A stretch of DNA of 64,000 nucleotides from Paraspadella gotoi (GCA_051294375.1 CM119267.1:23650115-23714114), one strand, 5' to 3'; positions 36,093 through 53,500 are shown, numbered from the stretch's first letter. The notes: a model not told the origin generated them from the letters alone. Translations and numbers: made by a program.

Positions 36093-37746
36093 CATATTTA
36101 AGCAAATACTATGCAGTAAAATTACAACTGCCCCCCCGTAGTTATTCCAAACGCTTAAGACAAGTTTTTTTCATCCCTCGTCCTCCACCAATGCCACTGC
36201 TCGTGCCACGGCCTCACAGTTTCTGCCACGTCGATTTGCAACGGCCTTTTTTGCCTCGAGATTTCGACCACTTTCCTCAAACGAGGAGATATTGTCTTGA
36301 CCTCATCTTTGGCTTTGGCAACTTACGAACGGGAGGAAAGAGGGGAGATGACGGGAAAAGGGGGATGGAGCAGTGGAGATGGGGAGAGTGATTACAGATG
36401 GGGAGAGTGATTACAGATGGGAAGAGTGATTACAGATAGGGATGATAGGAAAGCATAATTTCCATTCGGGCATAGAGATGGTCGGAGAAAAATATGATCA
36501 ACGGGACAGGGCAAATGGGAGTGAAGTTCAGATGGAAACTCCAAATAGGAACTTCAGATGGAGACCACAGAAGGGAACTTCGGATGGGAACGACGACGGC
36601 GACGACGACGATGAATGTACCTCCCACGCGGCGGTGATAAAACTTTGAGAAGTCCCAGCGGCGAGATTAACGACGAAGATGACGACGAAGTTAAAAACGA
36701 CGACGACGACGACGACGACGACAACGACGATGCCACAACGGACTCGGAGAGAGCGATGAGTGACAGGGGCTGTGATTAACGAGGATGTGAAAATTATAAC
36801 CTCTGCCTCTGTGTCATTTGTCACACTTTGTCACGACGATGACGACGACGATGACGACGACCTCGAGGAATAATTATATAAGTTTATATCCCAATGTTTA
36901 TATTCATAAAGACAATTTTCCCGAGTGTTGAACTTTTTTCTCACATGCTCAAACACGGTCACATGCTCAAAAACGTCTCTCTAGTAATTTCTCTCTTCTC
37001 TCTAATTTTCCCTTTTCCTCCCCTTCCTTTATTTTCTTGCCCTTTTCTCAATTTTCCTCCATTTTACTCCCTTTTCCTCTCTTTTCCTTAATGTTTCTCC
37101 CTTTTCCTCCCTTTTCCTCCATTTTCCTGCCTTTTCTTTCCATTTACCTTTTTTTCCTTCCTTTTCCTTCCCTTTTCCTCCCTTTTTCTCCATTTTTCCC
37201 CTTTTCCTCCATTTTCCTCCATTTTACTCCATTTTACTCCCTTTTTCTCCCTTTTTCTCCCTTTCCGTCTCTTTTCCCCTCTTTTCCTCCATTTTCCTTC
37301 CTTTTCCTTCATTTTCCTCCATTTTTTCTCTTTTCCTCCCTTTTCCTCCCTCCTCCATTCCATTTTAACATCTCCTCACTTCACCTTCTCGTCAATGAAT
37401 ATTTCTTCTCCTCGGAATCAACGACTCATCCGTCGTCAAGATTCTCTTCCTTCTTCGCATTTCTGAGAAAAGATTCCGCCCCTCTTCCCGCCAAACCCCG
37501 CGCGGTGTGAAAAAAAAGTGAAAGTTTTAAGTTCCGTCGGTTGACGTGAAATTTTCCTAAAACTCGAAGCGACGAAATTCTGGAGATCCTTTTCCTTTTC
37601 CTTTTCCTTTTCCTTTTCCTTTTCCCGCCTAAATTTTTCATTCACACTTTTTTTTTATTCGAGGTAGAAATTTCAATAAAAAAAAATCTAGAATAAAATA
37701 AAGTGTATTGCCGAAAATAAAACACCCGGGCGTCGAAAAATACGTT

Positions 37747-38042
37747 GCTATATTTTACAAAAGCACCGCATTTCAGTTTAAATTCCGAATTAGTTTTTAG
37801 AAATAAAAATTAAGTTAAGGGTTGAAGAAAAGTTTGGGACTAAGGTTATAATAAGGGTTTAGTTGAGGGGATAAGTTAGGGGATTTTGGTTAAGATTTAG
37901 GGTTAGGGATTTGGGTAAGGAATTAGCTTAGGGTTAAGGATTAGGATTAGGTATTGGGATAAATATTTGTTAAGAGATATTAAGGTTTAATTTCAATTTA
38001 CAGACTAATAACAGAAACGGGGTAATTTCGGAAAGTAGTGCC
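37747..38042. mobile_element. MITE-like element with degenerate TTAGGG core
   Basis: Imperfect TIRs (attttacaaaagcaccgcatttc / gaaacggggtaatttcggaaagtag) enclose a degenerate (TTAGGG)n tract. Confidence 0.5.
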
Positions 38043-39316
38043 AAATGCGGAAGGGTTGAGAAAAAAAAATTTTAAAATGTAAATTCCGGGCGGTTGAGGT
38101 GAAAAAAGGCCGATATAAATAAGGCAAAGGAACAGGAATAAGGCGGTTTGAAGATATAAAAAACTTAGAAATAAATATTGTTATGAATATTGTAAAAATT
38201 GATGGTTGAAATAAATGTTTGATGGGTGGCAGATAATAAAAAAGGTCTGAAATCTATGGAAATGTAAAAGAAAGAGAGAAAGGAGAACATGATAAAAGAA
38301 GAAAGAGAGACAATAAAAAGAGAGAGAAACAGAAAGAAAGAAAGAACAAAAAAATGAAAGAAAGATTAGAGGAATTGAAAAAATAAAACAAAAAAAAAGA
38401 GAAAAAGATAAGAAAGAAAGATAAAACAGAAATGAAAGAGAGTGAAAAAGAGAGAAGTGAGTTCCAGATCCCCTTTGTGGTGAATGTGTACGACGGACGC
38501 GTCACTGCCTATAAATTTTTAATTCTCTCTCTCTCTTCCTCTCCTCTTCTCTTCTCTCTCCTCTCTCTCTCTCTCTCGCTTCACGCCTCGGGGCCTTAAT
38601 TTGAATTTTTCGCGAATTTTGAAGAAAAAAACGCCATAAAGTTCCAACGCTTTAACCTCGATTGGCGGGATTTGCAGAAAGAGAGGGATGAGGGAGGAGG
38701 AGAGGAGGAGGAGGGAAAAAAGGAGGAGGAGTCGCTGGAGGGGATAAAGAAGAAGAAGCATGTCAGAACAAGCGAAAGAAACCAGACTCTAAAAACAACA
38801 AAAAAAGATCCGAGCAGAGAGAGAGAGAGAGTGAATTGAGAGAAAATTGAGAGGGAGAGGTTTCTTCAGGGAATTGTTTTTGAGAAGGAGGAAAAAAAGG
38901 GGAAGGAGCATCGAGAAAGGAAAGAGGAAAAAAGTAAAGATGAAAAAAAGGAGGAAAAAAATAAAGAAACGTTGAGAAAGGAAAGAGAAAATAAGTAAAG
39001 ATGAAAGAAAGGGAGGAAAAAAGGAAAGAGGAAAAAGTAAAGATAAAGAAGAAAAAAAAAAGAACAAAGAATAAAAGTTAAACATGAGCGAATGAGATTT
39101 TAACTTATTAATAAGAAAAACACATATTTAAAAAATTACCTCGATAGGCAGCGGAAAGATTTAATCTCGTTACATTTACATATTCTGTAAAGAGAATGTT
39201 ACAGTAAAATGGCCTTGGAAAACTGAAAAAGAAAAAAAAAGAACGATTTAATTCGATTTTCCTATAAATTGCGAATTAACCAGGTCTCTTTTTACTAAGT
39301 TTCGATGATAAAAAAA

Positions 39317-39610
39317 GGCCTATTTTTTGAAAGGGCCCGCTTCTTAATCTTAATCCATTACCCTCATCTCAAATCTAAGATTTTAAAAGTAATCTTTAAT
39401 TTAATCCCAAATCTAATCTAATCTAATCCATAACTCTAATCCATAACCATATTCAAAATCCAAGTCACTAACCCTGATTCTTAACCTGATGCTTACTTGT
39501 AATTGTTAACCTAATCATTAACTTCAAAATCTCACCTAATATTCAACCCCTAATTCCTATTTAATTCTAAACCCGTCGAGCAGAAATGGGGTGCTTTTCG
39601 AAAATGGCTC
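39317..39610. mobile_element. MITE-like element with degenerate CCCTAA core (same family as 37747-38042)
   Basis: Imperfect TIRs ggcctattttttgaaagggcccgcttc / gaaatggggtgcttttcgaaaatggc enclose a degenerate (CCTAAT/CCCTAA)n tract. Confidence 0.5.
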
Positions 39611-39817
39611 TGATTCAGACGGGTTAATCTTTTTACGCTAACAGGTAATTTTGAGAGAAATAATTAATTTTTATTTATTTTAAAATATAACCGGAGTCGA
39701 CGATTCGATAATCAGTTTTAATCAGACGATACCATTTGCCAACAAAAGAGATATACGGAAAAATTCTGAGCAGAAATCGATGAAACTTATTTCTTTTCTC
39801 TCTCTAGAAGAAGAGAT

Positions 39818-43134
<3,317 letters not shown>

Positions 43135-43747
43135 CGGTTGTAAACAAACGATTGACTCAGAGAAATATTAATGCAAGCGAGAGAGAGAAGAGAGAGAAAA
43201 GAGAGAGAGAGAGAGGAGACAAAGACGAGAGAGATGAGAGAGGCAGAGCAAGCAAGACGACGAGGACGAGAGAGACAATGAGAGACCGAGAGAAGACAAC
43301 AGAAGAGAGTAGAGAGTAGAGATGAAAAGCAATCTCATTTCATACTACGAACAGATGGACATAGTTGAAAACTTGGTAAAGTAAACTATACGACAGATTG
43401 CACGATACTACTAGAAAAAAACAAAACAATTAAGTTATTAACTAATGATAAATATTTCAAATGATCTTTAGTTTAAAAAAAAAAATATTCAACTTCTGCT
43501 TCCATTTTCTTTAATTCCAACGAATAAAAAAAAGTCTTAAGATTCATCTTCTAATCCTCCTCCTCTTCCTCCTCCTTCTCCTCCTCCTCCTCCTCCACCG
43601 TCTGCCTTTTCGGCCATCTTTCATCTTTATCCGTCATCTTCCCCCACGGTCTGGGACGGAGACGAAGGACGACGACAACGACGACGACGACGACTACATT
43701 AAAAGGCACGAGTCGTCGAGATGCTCATAACTTTTTCATATCGAAAT

Positions 43748-43806
<59 letters not shown>

Positions 43807-44230
43807 CTTTTCTTCCAGTTATTGTTTTTTTGATTGTTATTCTGGGTGTTTATCTAATTTAGTTGTCGTCGTTGTCTTTCTAATTGTTGTTTAAGACTGA
43901 GTTGTGTCGTCGTTGTTGTTTTTTTTTGTTTTTTTCCGTCACGTTGTTTAGTCTGTTGTGTCGTCTTTCAGGTTGTTTTGTCTGTTATTTCGTCTTTGAT
44001 GTTGTTTGGTCTGTTTTTTCGACTTTTTTGTTGTTTTGTCTGTTGTTTCGTCTTTTCTGTTGATTAGTCTGTTGTTTCATCATCGTTTCGGTTTTGTCTG
44101 TTGTTGTTTTGTCTGTAGTTTCGTCTTCGTCGTTGTTTTGTCTGTTGTTTTGTCGTCGTCAGCGTTTCCTTCCTCCTTCTGCTTTACATCTCCATTTTCC
44201 TTTCTCCTTCCAAAAAAGGCACTTATGCAT

Positions 44231-44353
<123 letters not shown>

Positions 44354-44953
44354 TTCTTTTTTCGGATCGTGGGGCTCAAATTGACCAGAATTGGAGAACC
44401 TCTCCTCGGATGAAATGGGTAAGGGGAAAAGGATAAAAAGGAAGAAGTTGGGTAAGGAAAAAGAAAACTCTTTTTTAGTCGAAAACGTGCAAGGAGATAG
44501 AGACAGAGAGAGACAGAGAGAGACAGAGAGGGAGAGAGAATGAGCGAATGAGAGAAGAAGAGACTAAAAGGAGAAGAAAAAAGTGATGAAACATCTGAAA
44601 TGAACAAAGAAAATGTTTGTTGCCTTCTTTTTTTTCAAGTTCCATAACCAAGTAATCAAACCGTCACCAAGCTTTCAAGTTAGTCCGTCTCTCATGTATG
44701 TGGCACTTGACATTATTACTATCACCTCTCAGAATCTCATTTTCAGTTTTCAAATTGTAAAATCTCTTACATCTTTTCGGCTGAAGCAAGTGTACGGACC
44801 CTTTCCATCGGGTGATGCATGGTGATCAATGGTCACAGACTCACAGTGGAACAACGGGTTGTGAAAGGCGGTGATTAAAATCACCAACGGTGAATGAATT
44901 CGTTGTCAACATCTCACGACGTGAAGAGAAAGAAGAATTAAGGCCAAACAAAG

Positions 44954-45085
<132 letters not shown>

Positions 45086-46988
45086 AATATACACACTCCC
45101 CGAGGCTAAAAAAACATTATCCCACAGAAAAAAAAACTTTCTTCACGTGACGAATCCCACTAAGACGAGGAGACATAAAACAACAACGACGACGACGACA
45201 ACAACGACAACGACACCTCGTAACGGAGACGCTCATCAAAAAACCATGAGTACGACGACTACGACGAAGCCCCGACCACCTCGACGATAATAACAACAAC
45301 AACGACGACGACGTCAACCGCGTTGATGACGATGATGACAACAACGACAGAGGTCCTTCAAGTGTCATCGAAAATGATAAAATGGCGGCAGGGATGACTT
45401 TTAAAAAAAGTCAATGACAAAAATAAAGACATAAAAACCAAAATAAAAGCCAAACTCGTATATTGATAACAATAATGATGAAAACAATGATAGTGACAGC
45501 ATGTATCTACGATACAATCACAACAACAGCGACAAAGACGACAACAACAACAACGACAACGACGACAACAACAACAACAGCTGAACGTCGATTCCCACTT
45601 CAAATACGTCGTTTTATCGAAATGAGACGCAATAAAAAAAACCTGTTTTCTTGTTTTTCTTGTTGTTTTTTTTTGGTGTTTTGTAATTTTTTGGGCGATA
45701 TTTTTTTATAGAAAATAACTTTGTCATTTCTTTCATTTTGCATATATATTTATACTACACAAGACAATATGATAGCTCTCACGTTTATACTAATATAATA
45801 TAATAAATAGACTATTTTCGTAATTTTATGCCATTCGTCTTTGGTGAAATCAACATTTTAATTAATAGAATCTATAGTGAATGGAAATGTATTTAATTTC
45901 TTATTCATAACATATATGTTTAACGTTAGTTCTTTCACGTTTCAAACATAATATATGCTTCGATTTTTGTTTCTCTTTCCCTTAAACTCCCAACAGAGTC
46001 AAACTTTTGAAATGACTCTCCGAGATTTCAAGACAAAAGGCGAAGACGATTAAAAATAGAAACTTGTTTTCTATTTAAGAAAAACCTCATGTATTTCTCA
46101 ATAACTTATTTTCGATAAACTTGTATAAAGCTTTTAGACTCTTATTAAAAAAGAAGTTAAGGGGATAATTAAGAAAAAAGAGGGGAAAAAAAGAAAAGAA
46201 AAAAAGAATTTCCTAATTCATGTCAGGCTTTTTGTCTCCTCCCAAATTCACAACCAGGAACTCACAAATGAGCTTCGACGCCTTCTATTTTTCTTCTCTT
46301 TTATCTTTTCTTTTCTTTTCTTTTTTTTATTTTTGTCTTTTCTTTTCCAATTTTAAATTCCATCTCTTTCCCTCGAATCTTCGCACTTTAAAACTTTTCT
46401 GCGATATTTTCTGGCAACAATGAAAGAAAGAAAAAAGAAAGAAAGAATAAAAAATAAATAAAAAACAAATTTTCTTTCTTCTCTTCGCGTCTTTTGTTTT
46501 TCATTTCTCCCACCTCCTCCTCCTTTTCTTCTTCCTCCTCCTCTTCCTCCTCCTCCTCCCGCCGTCTCGCGGCGCCACGGTCTTCCCTCGCTCATCGCTT
46601 CGCCATTTTTCATGGTGGAAGAAAACTGGCGAAGAAAAAGGAAAAAAGGGAAAAAAAGGGAAAAAAAGGGAAAAGTCTTAATCATGTGACACTTTTTTTT
46701 GTCAAAAAGGATTAAATCCTTTATCGCCATCTCAAGCAGACGTTCTCGCTTTTTTGACGTTTTTGCTCTTTTTTTTCTCTCTAGATTAATATTAAACATA
46801 AATAATTAAAAACAAAACAACGAAGTTCTTTGTTCAACAATTACTGGAATAAAGAAAAAACCATAAAGACGAACGCTTTTTCATCAGAGATTTCTTATTT
46901 AATTTTTCATATTCATTAATTAAAATTATTTTCGAACGATTATATTTTTTGCACAACAATTTACTTTACAACTGTTCTTATTTACTAA

Positions 46989-47022
<34 letters not shown>

Positions 47023-47319
47023 ATATAGTAGAATAAAAACATTTTTTCCAATCATGAATAAAAATAATAAATAACTTCAGTTCTCTTTCTCTCTCGATTT
47101 TTTCAAAATCCTTCCCTCACCCACGGCCGAAACTTTGGATATTTTCCTTCAATAAAGACAAACATTTTCTTTATTTTGTTTTAACATTTTTTTTTAAATG
47201 AAACGAATTATGAGGAATTTTTTTTACTCAAGAAAATTCAAGAGTTTCCTTTCAGTCTTGTTGATCTTAATAAAGAAATAAAGAAGAGACGCTTTGGGAT
47301 TTTATGAAAGACGGATTTA

Positions 47320-47351
<32 letters not shown>

Positions 47352-47434
47352 TTCCCTTGTCCCTTGTCCCGCGCTCACAGCTTTCGTCCCACACATTCTC
47401 TTCTTGGTCGTCATCGACCCACACGAAGATAAGA

Positions 47435-47477
<43 letters not shown>

Positions 47478-47615
47478 TATCGTCGTCGTCGTCATCACAG
47501 TTTTTATCTTCAAAAATCAACAGTAAAGAGTTGATATAACAGAATCTTTTTGTGTTCGGCGACCGGACCCTCACAAGTCGAAAAGACTCGTGCAAAACTT
47601 ATCTATTAATGGAGT

Positions 47616-47845
47616 TGTACCGGCTTTTGCAAAGTTCACCCAGCGTATAGATATCGTACCTTTCAGTTGTGACCCGCTGGCTCAATGAATAAGTCCCATC
47701 AGCTCATGACCCTTGGGTACCGTGATGCGTGATGAAAGTCGCAAACCGCTTTGAGGGGGAGCGTCAAAAATTCCCTGGCCTGATTCTAAGCCTGGGCTGA
47801 TACTTATAGCGGTCTTCAGCCTTCAGCGCCTTATCAACAAAGTAA
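47616..47845 (+). mobile_element. tRNA-related repeat family A, diverged copy
   Basis: tgtaccggcttttgcaaagttcaccc ... gacccgctggctcaatgaataagtcccatcagctcatga ... cagcgccttatc. Confidence 0.6.
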
Positions 47846-47887
47846 CTGCCAACATTATTGCCATAATCAAGATAATAAACACCTTCA

Positions 47888-47936
<49 letters not shown>

Positions 47937-48111
47937 TCCGCCCCCACTTCAGCTTCTGACCATCGAAGTCGCACGAATTTCACCCGCGGGGTCACGTGAC
48001 GATCCTGAGGCGCGTGAGGAGAAAGGCATCACGTGATGGGAGAAAAGAGGAGAAGTCACGAGATCACAACCGATACTAGATGGTTCCATGAAAAAAAGAA
48101 AGGGAGAGAAA

Positions 48112-48749
48112 GATAATGGAGGCCTTAAAGTTAAACCACTATAGTCTGTTCAAAGTTAGGGGCGAGATGGCCTATTTTTAGATTCGTTGTCCAAAGTCAG
48201 GGGTAAAATAGATTATTGATTGAATAAATGGATAAACTTTATATGAAATTGGTACAACCAATATAAAAATTATCATTTATTTAAGAAATAAGCTAATCTT
48301 GCCCTGACTTTGGACAGGCTTGGTGTTTAAGGCCTCCATCACTCTTACAAGATAATGACATAGCAGGTCCCTGCAAGCTTTCAATCAAGACTCTCTCACA
48401 ATCTCGTTTATTCACTCCCATAGTACCTGGCTTTCCCTATCAATGAAGTGGAAAATATTTCAAAGAATGTTTCATTGTATGAAAAGACCACTCCCTTAAG
48501 TATTAGATCGGGGAATACTTATTGTACTCCGCACTAGCATCAAAATACAAGGAGCTGAATTTATGAAATTGGTACAACCAATATAAAAATTATCCATTCA
48601 TTTAATAAATAAGCTATCTTGCCCTGACTTTGGACAGGCTTTGGGTGGTTTAACGGCCTCCATCACTCTTACAAGATAATGACATAGCAGGTCCCTGCAA
48701 GCTTTCAATCAAAGACTCTCCCTCACAATCTCGTTTATTCACTCCCATA
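48112..48749 (-). mobile_element. Partial tandem plus inverted copies of the 8921-9165 repeat (Penelope-like arrangement)
   Basis: Two minus-orientation units start atgaaattggtacaaccaatataaaaat (about 48243 and 48563) and abut a diverged plus-orientation fragment at 48112-48243. Confidence 0.6.
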
Positions 48750-48891
48750 TGTTATACTAATTTTTTAATATCATACAAAGAGTTAATGACAATTCAAGAA
48801 TAAATATATCGATTCTCATTGACCCCGAATTCGACTGTTCTCCAAATCACCTGGTCATAAAATCGAGCATATGCTTCTAAACCAAGTGATG

Positions 48892-48987
48892 CTTCAAGTC
48901 AGCTGATTCTCTTATCACGCGATCCTTCAAGTCAGCTGATCCTCTTATCACGTGATCCTTCAAATCAGCTGATCCTCTTATCGTGTC
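48892..48987. repeat. 33-bp tandem repeat, about 3 copies
   Basis: Unit cttcaagtcagctgatcctcttatcacgtgatc. Confidence 0.8.
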
Positions 48988-50323
48988 TTTTTCCTAATCA
49001 CGTGACCGATCTAACGAGGTCTACGAAGAAAAACAGTTTTTTCCCAGTTTTATCTTTTGTGGTTTTTAAGACTTAAAAAGTATAACGTCGCCAAAACGAT
49101 GTCATCAGTTATAAAGAGTAATAGCGTCGCCCAAACGATGTCATCAGTTGTTACTATCATCAGCACAATTACTGTTGTTTACAATCACTGTGGCCGTTTC
49201 AGTTGCTTGGCTTCTTTGTTTCACAAATAAAACTTACTCTACAGAGCACACTTCTTTTTTATTTTCTCTCATTTTTTTTAAAGTACATTGTTTTCTATCT
49301 ACTTTTTTTTCCATTTTCTTTGGCCATTTAGTATTACTTCTTTTCTACGAACTCCTCCATGTATTTTAATTTTATTTTCTCTTTACCGACGTTGTCATAT
49401 TCGCACCGAATTATTTCCCGTCAGTGTTTAATCTCATTTATGAGCAGTAAACACTTTTTTCCCCATCTTTCTTAATATATTCTTTTTTTTCACCAATTCC
49501 ATGTTTATCCTACGCAGTTCAAATTAGAAAATCAGCAAAGGTTGTTTTTTTTTATCCACGGAGTTTCCAAAGTTTTAAAGCCTACTCCAGCGTTCAGCTC
49601 TTATAAATTAAAAAACCTTCTTCCCGCTCCTACGGAATGGAAAAGGTGCACGGCTCCTGCAAACTCGAGTCCGCCCGGGACTCATTCGTCCTCGTTCTGA
49701 GGTCATCACCCGTCCGTCTATCCTCTTTCACCTTCTCGCTTCCTCTATTACTCTTTCTTTCTTTCTTTCTTCTTTCTTTCCTTCTTTTTTCTTTCTTTCT
49801 TTTTCTTTCTTTTTCTTCTTTTGTATTTTCCGTTTCTTTCCAATTTCTTTCTCACTTTTTCTTTTCTCTCTTTGGGTTTTCTAACTTCATCTCATTTTCT
49901 TTTTTTTCTTTTTTTCCCTTTACTTTCACTTCTTGCTTTCTTTATTACCATTTTTTTTCCTTTTTTTTTTCTTCTTTTTTTGTATTCTATTACCATTTTT
50001 CTGATTTTATTTTTTTTCATTTTTTTCTTTTCTTTTTTTTTGTTTTCTTTATTACCATTTTTTCTTTCCTTCTTCTTTTACCTTTTACCTTTTCATCCCT
50101 CTTTCCTCCTTTCCTCCCCTCCCTTTTCCCTCCTCCTCCTCCTTCCTCCCCCTCCTCCTCGTCCATTCTCGTCCAGAGGTCGTCCCCGCGGGGCGACGAC
50201 CGCGAGAGTCGATGGGACCGAAACGAGACCCGGATGTCGTAAGAGAAAAGAGAAATCTCCATCTCTATCCCCCGGATGTAATAGAAAGTCGTTTAAAAGA
50301 CAAGTAGTTTCCTCTCTCTCTCA

Positions 50324-50356
<33 letters not shown>

Positions 50357-50534
50357 GTCTCTTCTCTCTCTCTCTCTTCTCTCTCCTCTTGACCAGCGCG
50401 CCCTGATGTCACGGAACCCGAAAGACGTGAAACACGTTATTTCCTCTCTCTCTTTCTTCTCCCTTCTCTCACTCTCTCCTCTCCTTCTCTCTCTCCCGTC
50501 GTTCTCTCATCTCTCTCCCTCGTCGATCTCTCTC

Positions 50535-50565
<31 letters not shown>

Positions 50566-53500
50566 GTTCTCTTTTCTCTTCTCTTACTGCATCCTTCTTA
50601 ATTTTACCTCATTCAAACAAGTTGAAAGGCTTAAAATAGGAAGTAAAGTCGCCACATTAGGGAATAAAGGAATTTCATTTTTTTTAACCTCATTTCAATT
50701 TTTTCACTTTGAATTTCCATATAATTGGTTTTACTTTTTTGTGAAAGAGAAAAAAAAAGAAAGAGTGAATTTGACGTAATGTAATAATTTTTTTGAAGAA
50801 AAGCAAAAGGCGACCAAAGAGAGAATTAAGATAATAAAGTTTCTACTCTCGGAAAATGCAAGATGTTTTCTTATTACTTTACGCTATAATTGTATGTAAC
50901 TTAATTCTGCTCGTATTTAATTTTAAGGTCGATGTAACTCTAAAAAATGTAAAATTATAAAAATAAAAAGTTATGTTTAAATGTAGTTTTTTTNNNNNNN
51001 NNNNNNNNNNNNNNNNNNNNNNNNNNNNNNNNNNNNNNNNNNNNNNNNNNNNNNNNNNNNNNNNNNNNNNNNNNNNNNNNNNNNNNNNNNNNNNNNNNNN
51101 NNNNNNNNNNNNNNNNNNNNNNNNNNNNNNNNNNNNNNNNNNNNNNNNNNNNNNNNNNNNNNNNNNNNNNNNNNNNNNNNNNNNNNNTCTCTCTCACTCG
51201 CATAGAGTGAAATCAATATTCAATAATTTTTCCGTTTATTCGATTAAAAATATGAAAGGCGATATTCTTTCTGTCCATCTCTGTCTCTATCCGCTTTCCT
51301 CTCTATCTCTATCTCTTTCCTTTCTCGCTTTCTTTTCTTTTAACTTCTTCTTCACTTTTGCTCCTTTGTTTTAGTCTTGTGTTGTTGTTGTTGTTGTCGT
51401 TCGAATATTGGATAAACAAATAAATCTCTTTTCATTTGTTTAGTTTGAAAACCTTGTTGACTTAACTCGATATCTCGTTGAGCCAATTTTTAAAACTGTC
51501 ACCGTCCATTTAAAATAATATAGAATTTCAAAATATAAATAATGCGGCAAAGTAAAATATTGTAACCTGTAAGAGGCATTTTAGGCCTTAACCCACCATA
51601 GGTTGTCCACTGGACAATGTCCAGTGTGAAAAGTCTGGAGCAAGATAGCTTATTTATTTAATGAACGATTTATTTTATAACGAAAGTACTAATTTCATAC
51701 TTATCTTCGAAATACCAAATTATTCCAAAGTGATTTTAACAGCTATGATTTTAAAGTTATAACCTAGAATTCTTTATTTGTTTTTTTTATTGAAATTAAT
51801 AGTTCCGCTATTATGTTTTTTTATTAAGAACAAAAACAAAGAAAGGAAACAACAACAACAACAAGAACACTATGGCGCCGACGTTCGCCTAATTACGTTT
51901 ACAGGGAAAAATTAAACCGGGAATGAAAATGCGACNNNNNNNNNNNNNNNNNNNNNNNNNNNNNNNNNNNNNNNNNNNNNNNNNNNNNNNNNNNNNNNNN
52001 NNNNNNNNNNNNNNNNNNNNNNNNNNNNNNNNNNNNNNNNNNNNNNNNNNNNNNNNNNNNNNNNNNNNNNNNNNNNNNNNNNNNNNNNNNNNNNNNNNNN
52101 NNNNNNNNNNNNNNNNNNNNNNNNNNNNNNNNNNNNNNNNNNNNNNNNNNNACGGACTTGAAATGGACTTCCTCAGGGCTTGATTGGAACCACATCCGGG
52201 TTTGTTGGGCCTCATACGGGTTTCATATTGACCTGATTATGGTTTCATAAGGACCACATCTGTATTTGATCTGGATTCTTACGAGTTTTATTTGCTGTTT
52301 GTCTCTGGGGTTTGAAATATTGACTATTTTGATAGCAGTTTTAATAAATATGTATAGCTATATTAACCATGTCCAAGCTTTACACGGACTTGAATTTGAC
52401 TTGACGAGGGCTTCATCCGGGTTTGGTTCTAGCAACGAAGGGATTAAATTGCTCCCCGCTATTTTCCAGAGACAAGAAAGGAATTTCTGTCTCGCACGAC
52501 ACCTGGACGAAAGAGTAGGGGAGAAGGAGATGCCGGTAGTGATTGTCCACAGGATTTGTGGGTGAGTCATTGTGGGGACTCCCCACTGGGGAAGGTCAAA
52601 GTGATGAACTGGGTGATTCATTAAAAAAGTCAGGTACATATGAAGAATGAAGAGGTGACCTTAAATCTTTTTGAAGAATCTTTAATTATAATACTTCTTC
52701 CGAATTAAAAAATAAAAATATTTCTAGTATTGATAAAATTAAGTGGCCAAATTGGCGATTTATTGCGCCTTTTCAAATATAAATTTTGTTCATAACTTTG
52801 TAATATATAATACAAATATCAGCTGAATGAGCCTGTACAAGTATAAACAAATTTATAAAGATTTTCTTTTTCCATTTCTGTTGCAGCTTACGACGAGAAA
52901 AATATCGAGCAATTTCCTTAATTGTACTAAATGCAAATGACTGAGTCGAAAACAAAAAGAAAAAAAANNNNNNNNNNNNNNNNNNNNNNNNNNNNNNNNN
53001 NNNNNNNNNNNNNNNNNNNNNNNNNNNNNNNNNNNNNNNNNNNNNNNNNNNNNNNNNNNNNNNNNNNNNNNNNNNNNNNNNNNNNNNNNNNNNNNNNNNN
53101 NNNNNNNNNNNNNNNNNNNNNNNNNNNNNNNNNNNNNNNNNNNNNNNNNNNNNNNNNNNNNNNNNNNNNNNNNNNNNNNNNAATTGTCGGTAAAAGAGAA
53201 AGCCGAAATGGGCTACAGGGGAAGGACTTGGGTAAGTCTTGCGGCAAATGAGGCGAAGGTGGGGGGNNNNNNNNNNNNNNNNNNNNNNNNNNNNNNNNNN
53301 NNNNNNNNNNNNNNNNNNNNNNNNNNNNNNNNNNNNNNNNNNNNNNNNNNNNNNNNNNNNNNNNNNNNNNNNNNNNNNNNNNNNNNNNNNNNNNNNNNNN
53401 NNNNNNNNNNNNNNNNNNNNNNNNNNNNNNNNNNNNNNNNNNNNNNNNNNNNNNNNNNNNNNNNNNNNNNNNNNNNNNNNNNNNNNNNNNNNNNGAGGAG

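Noticed and set aside
44765-44930. Possible minus-strand exon (…HNPLFHCESVTIDHHASPDGKGPYTCFSRKD|gtaaga)
   Set aside because: In-frame stop upstream with no usable AG acceptor after it.
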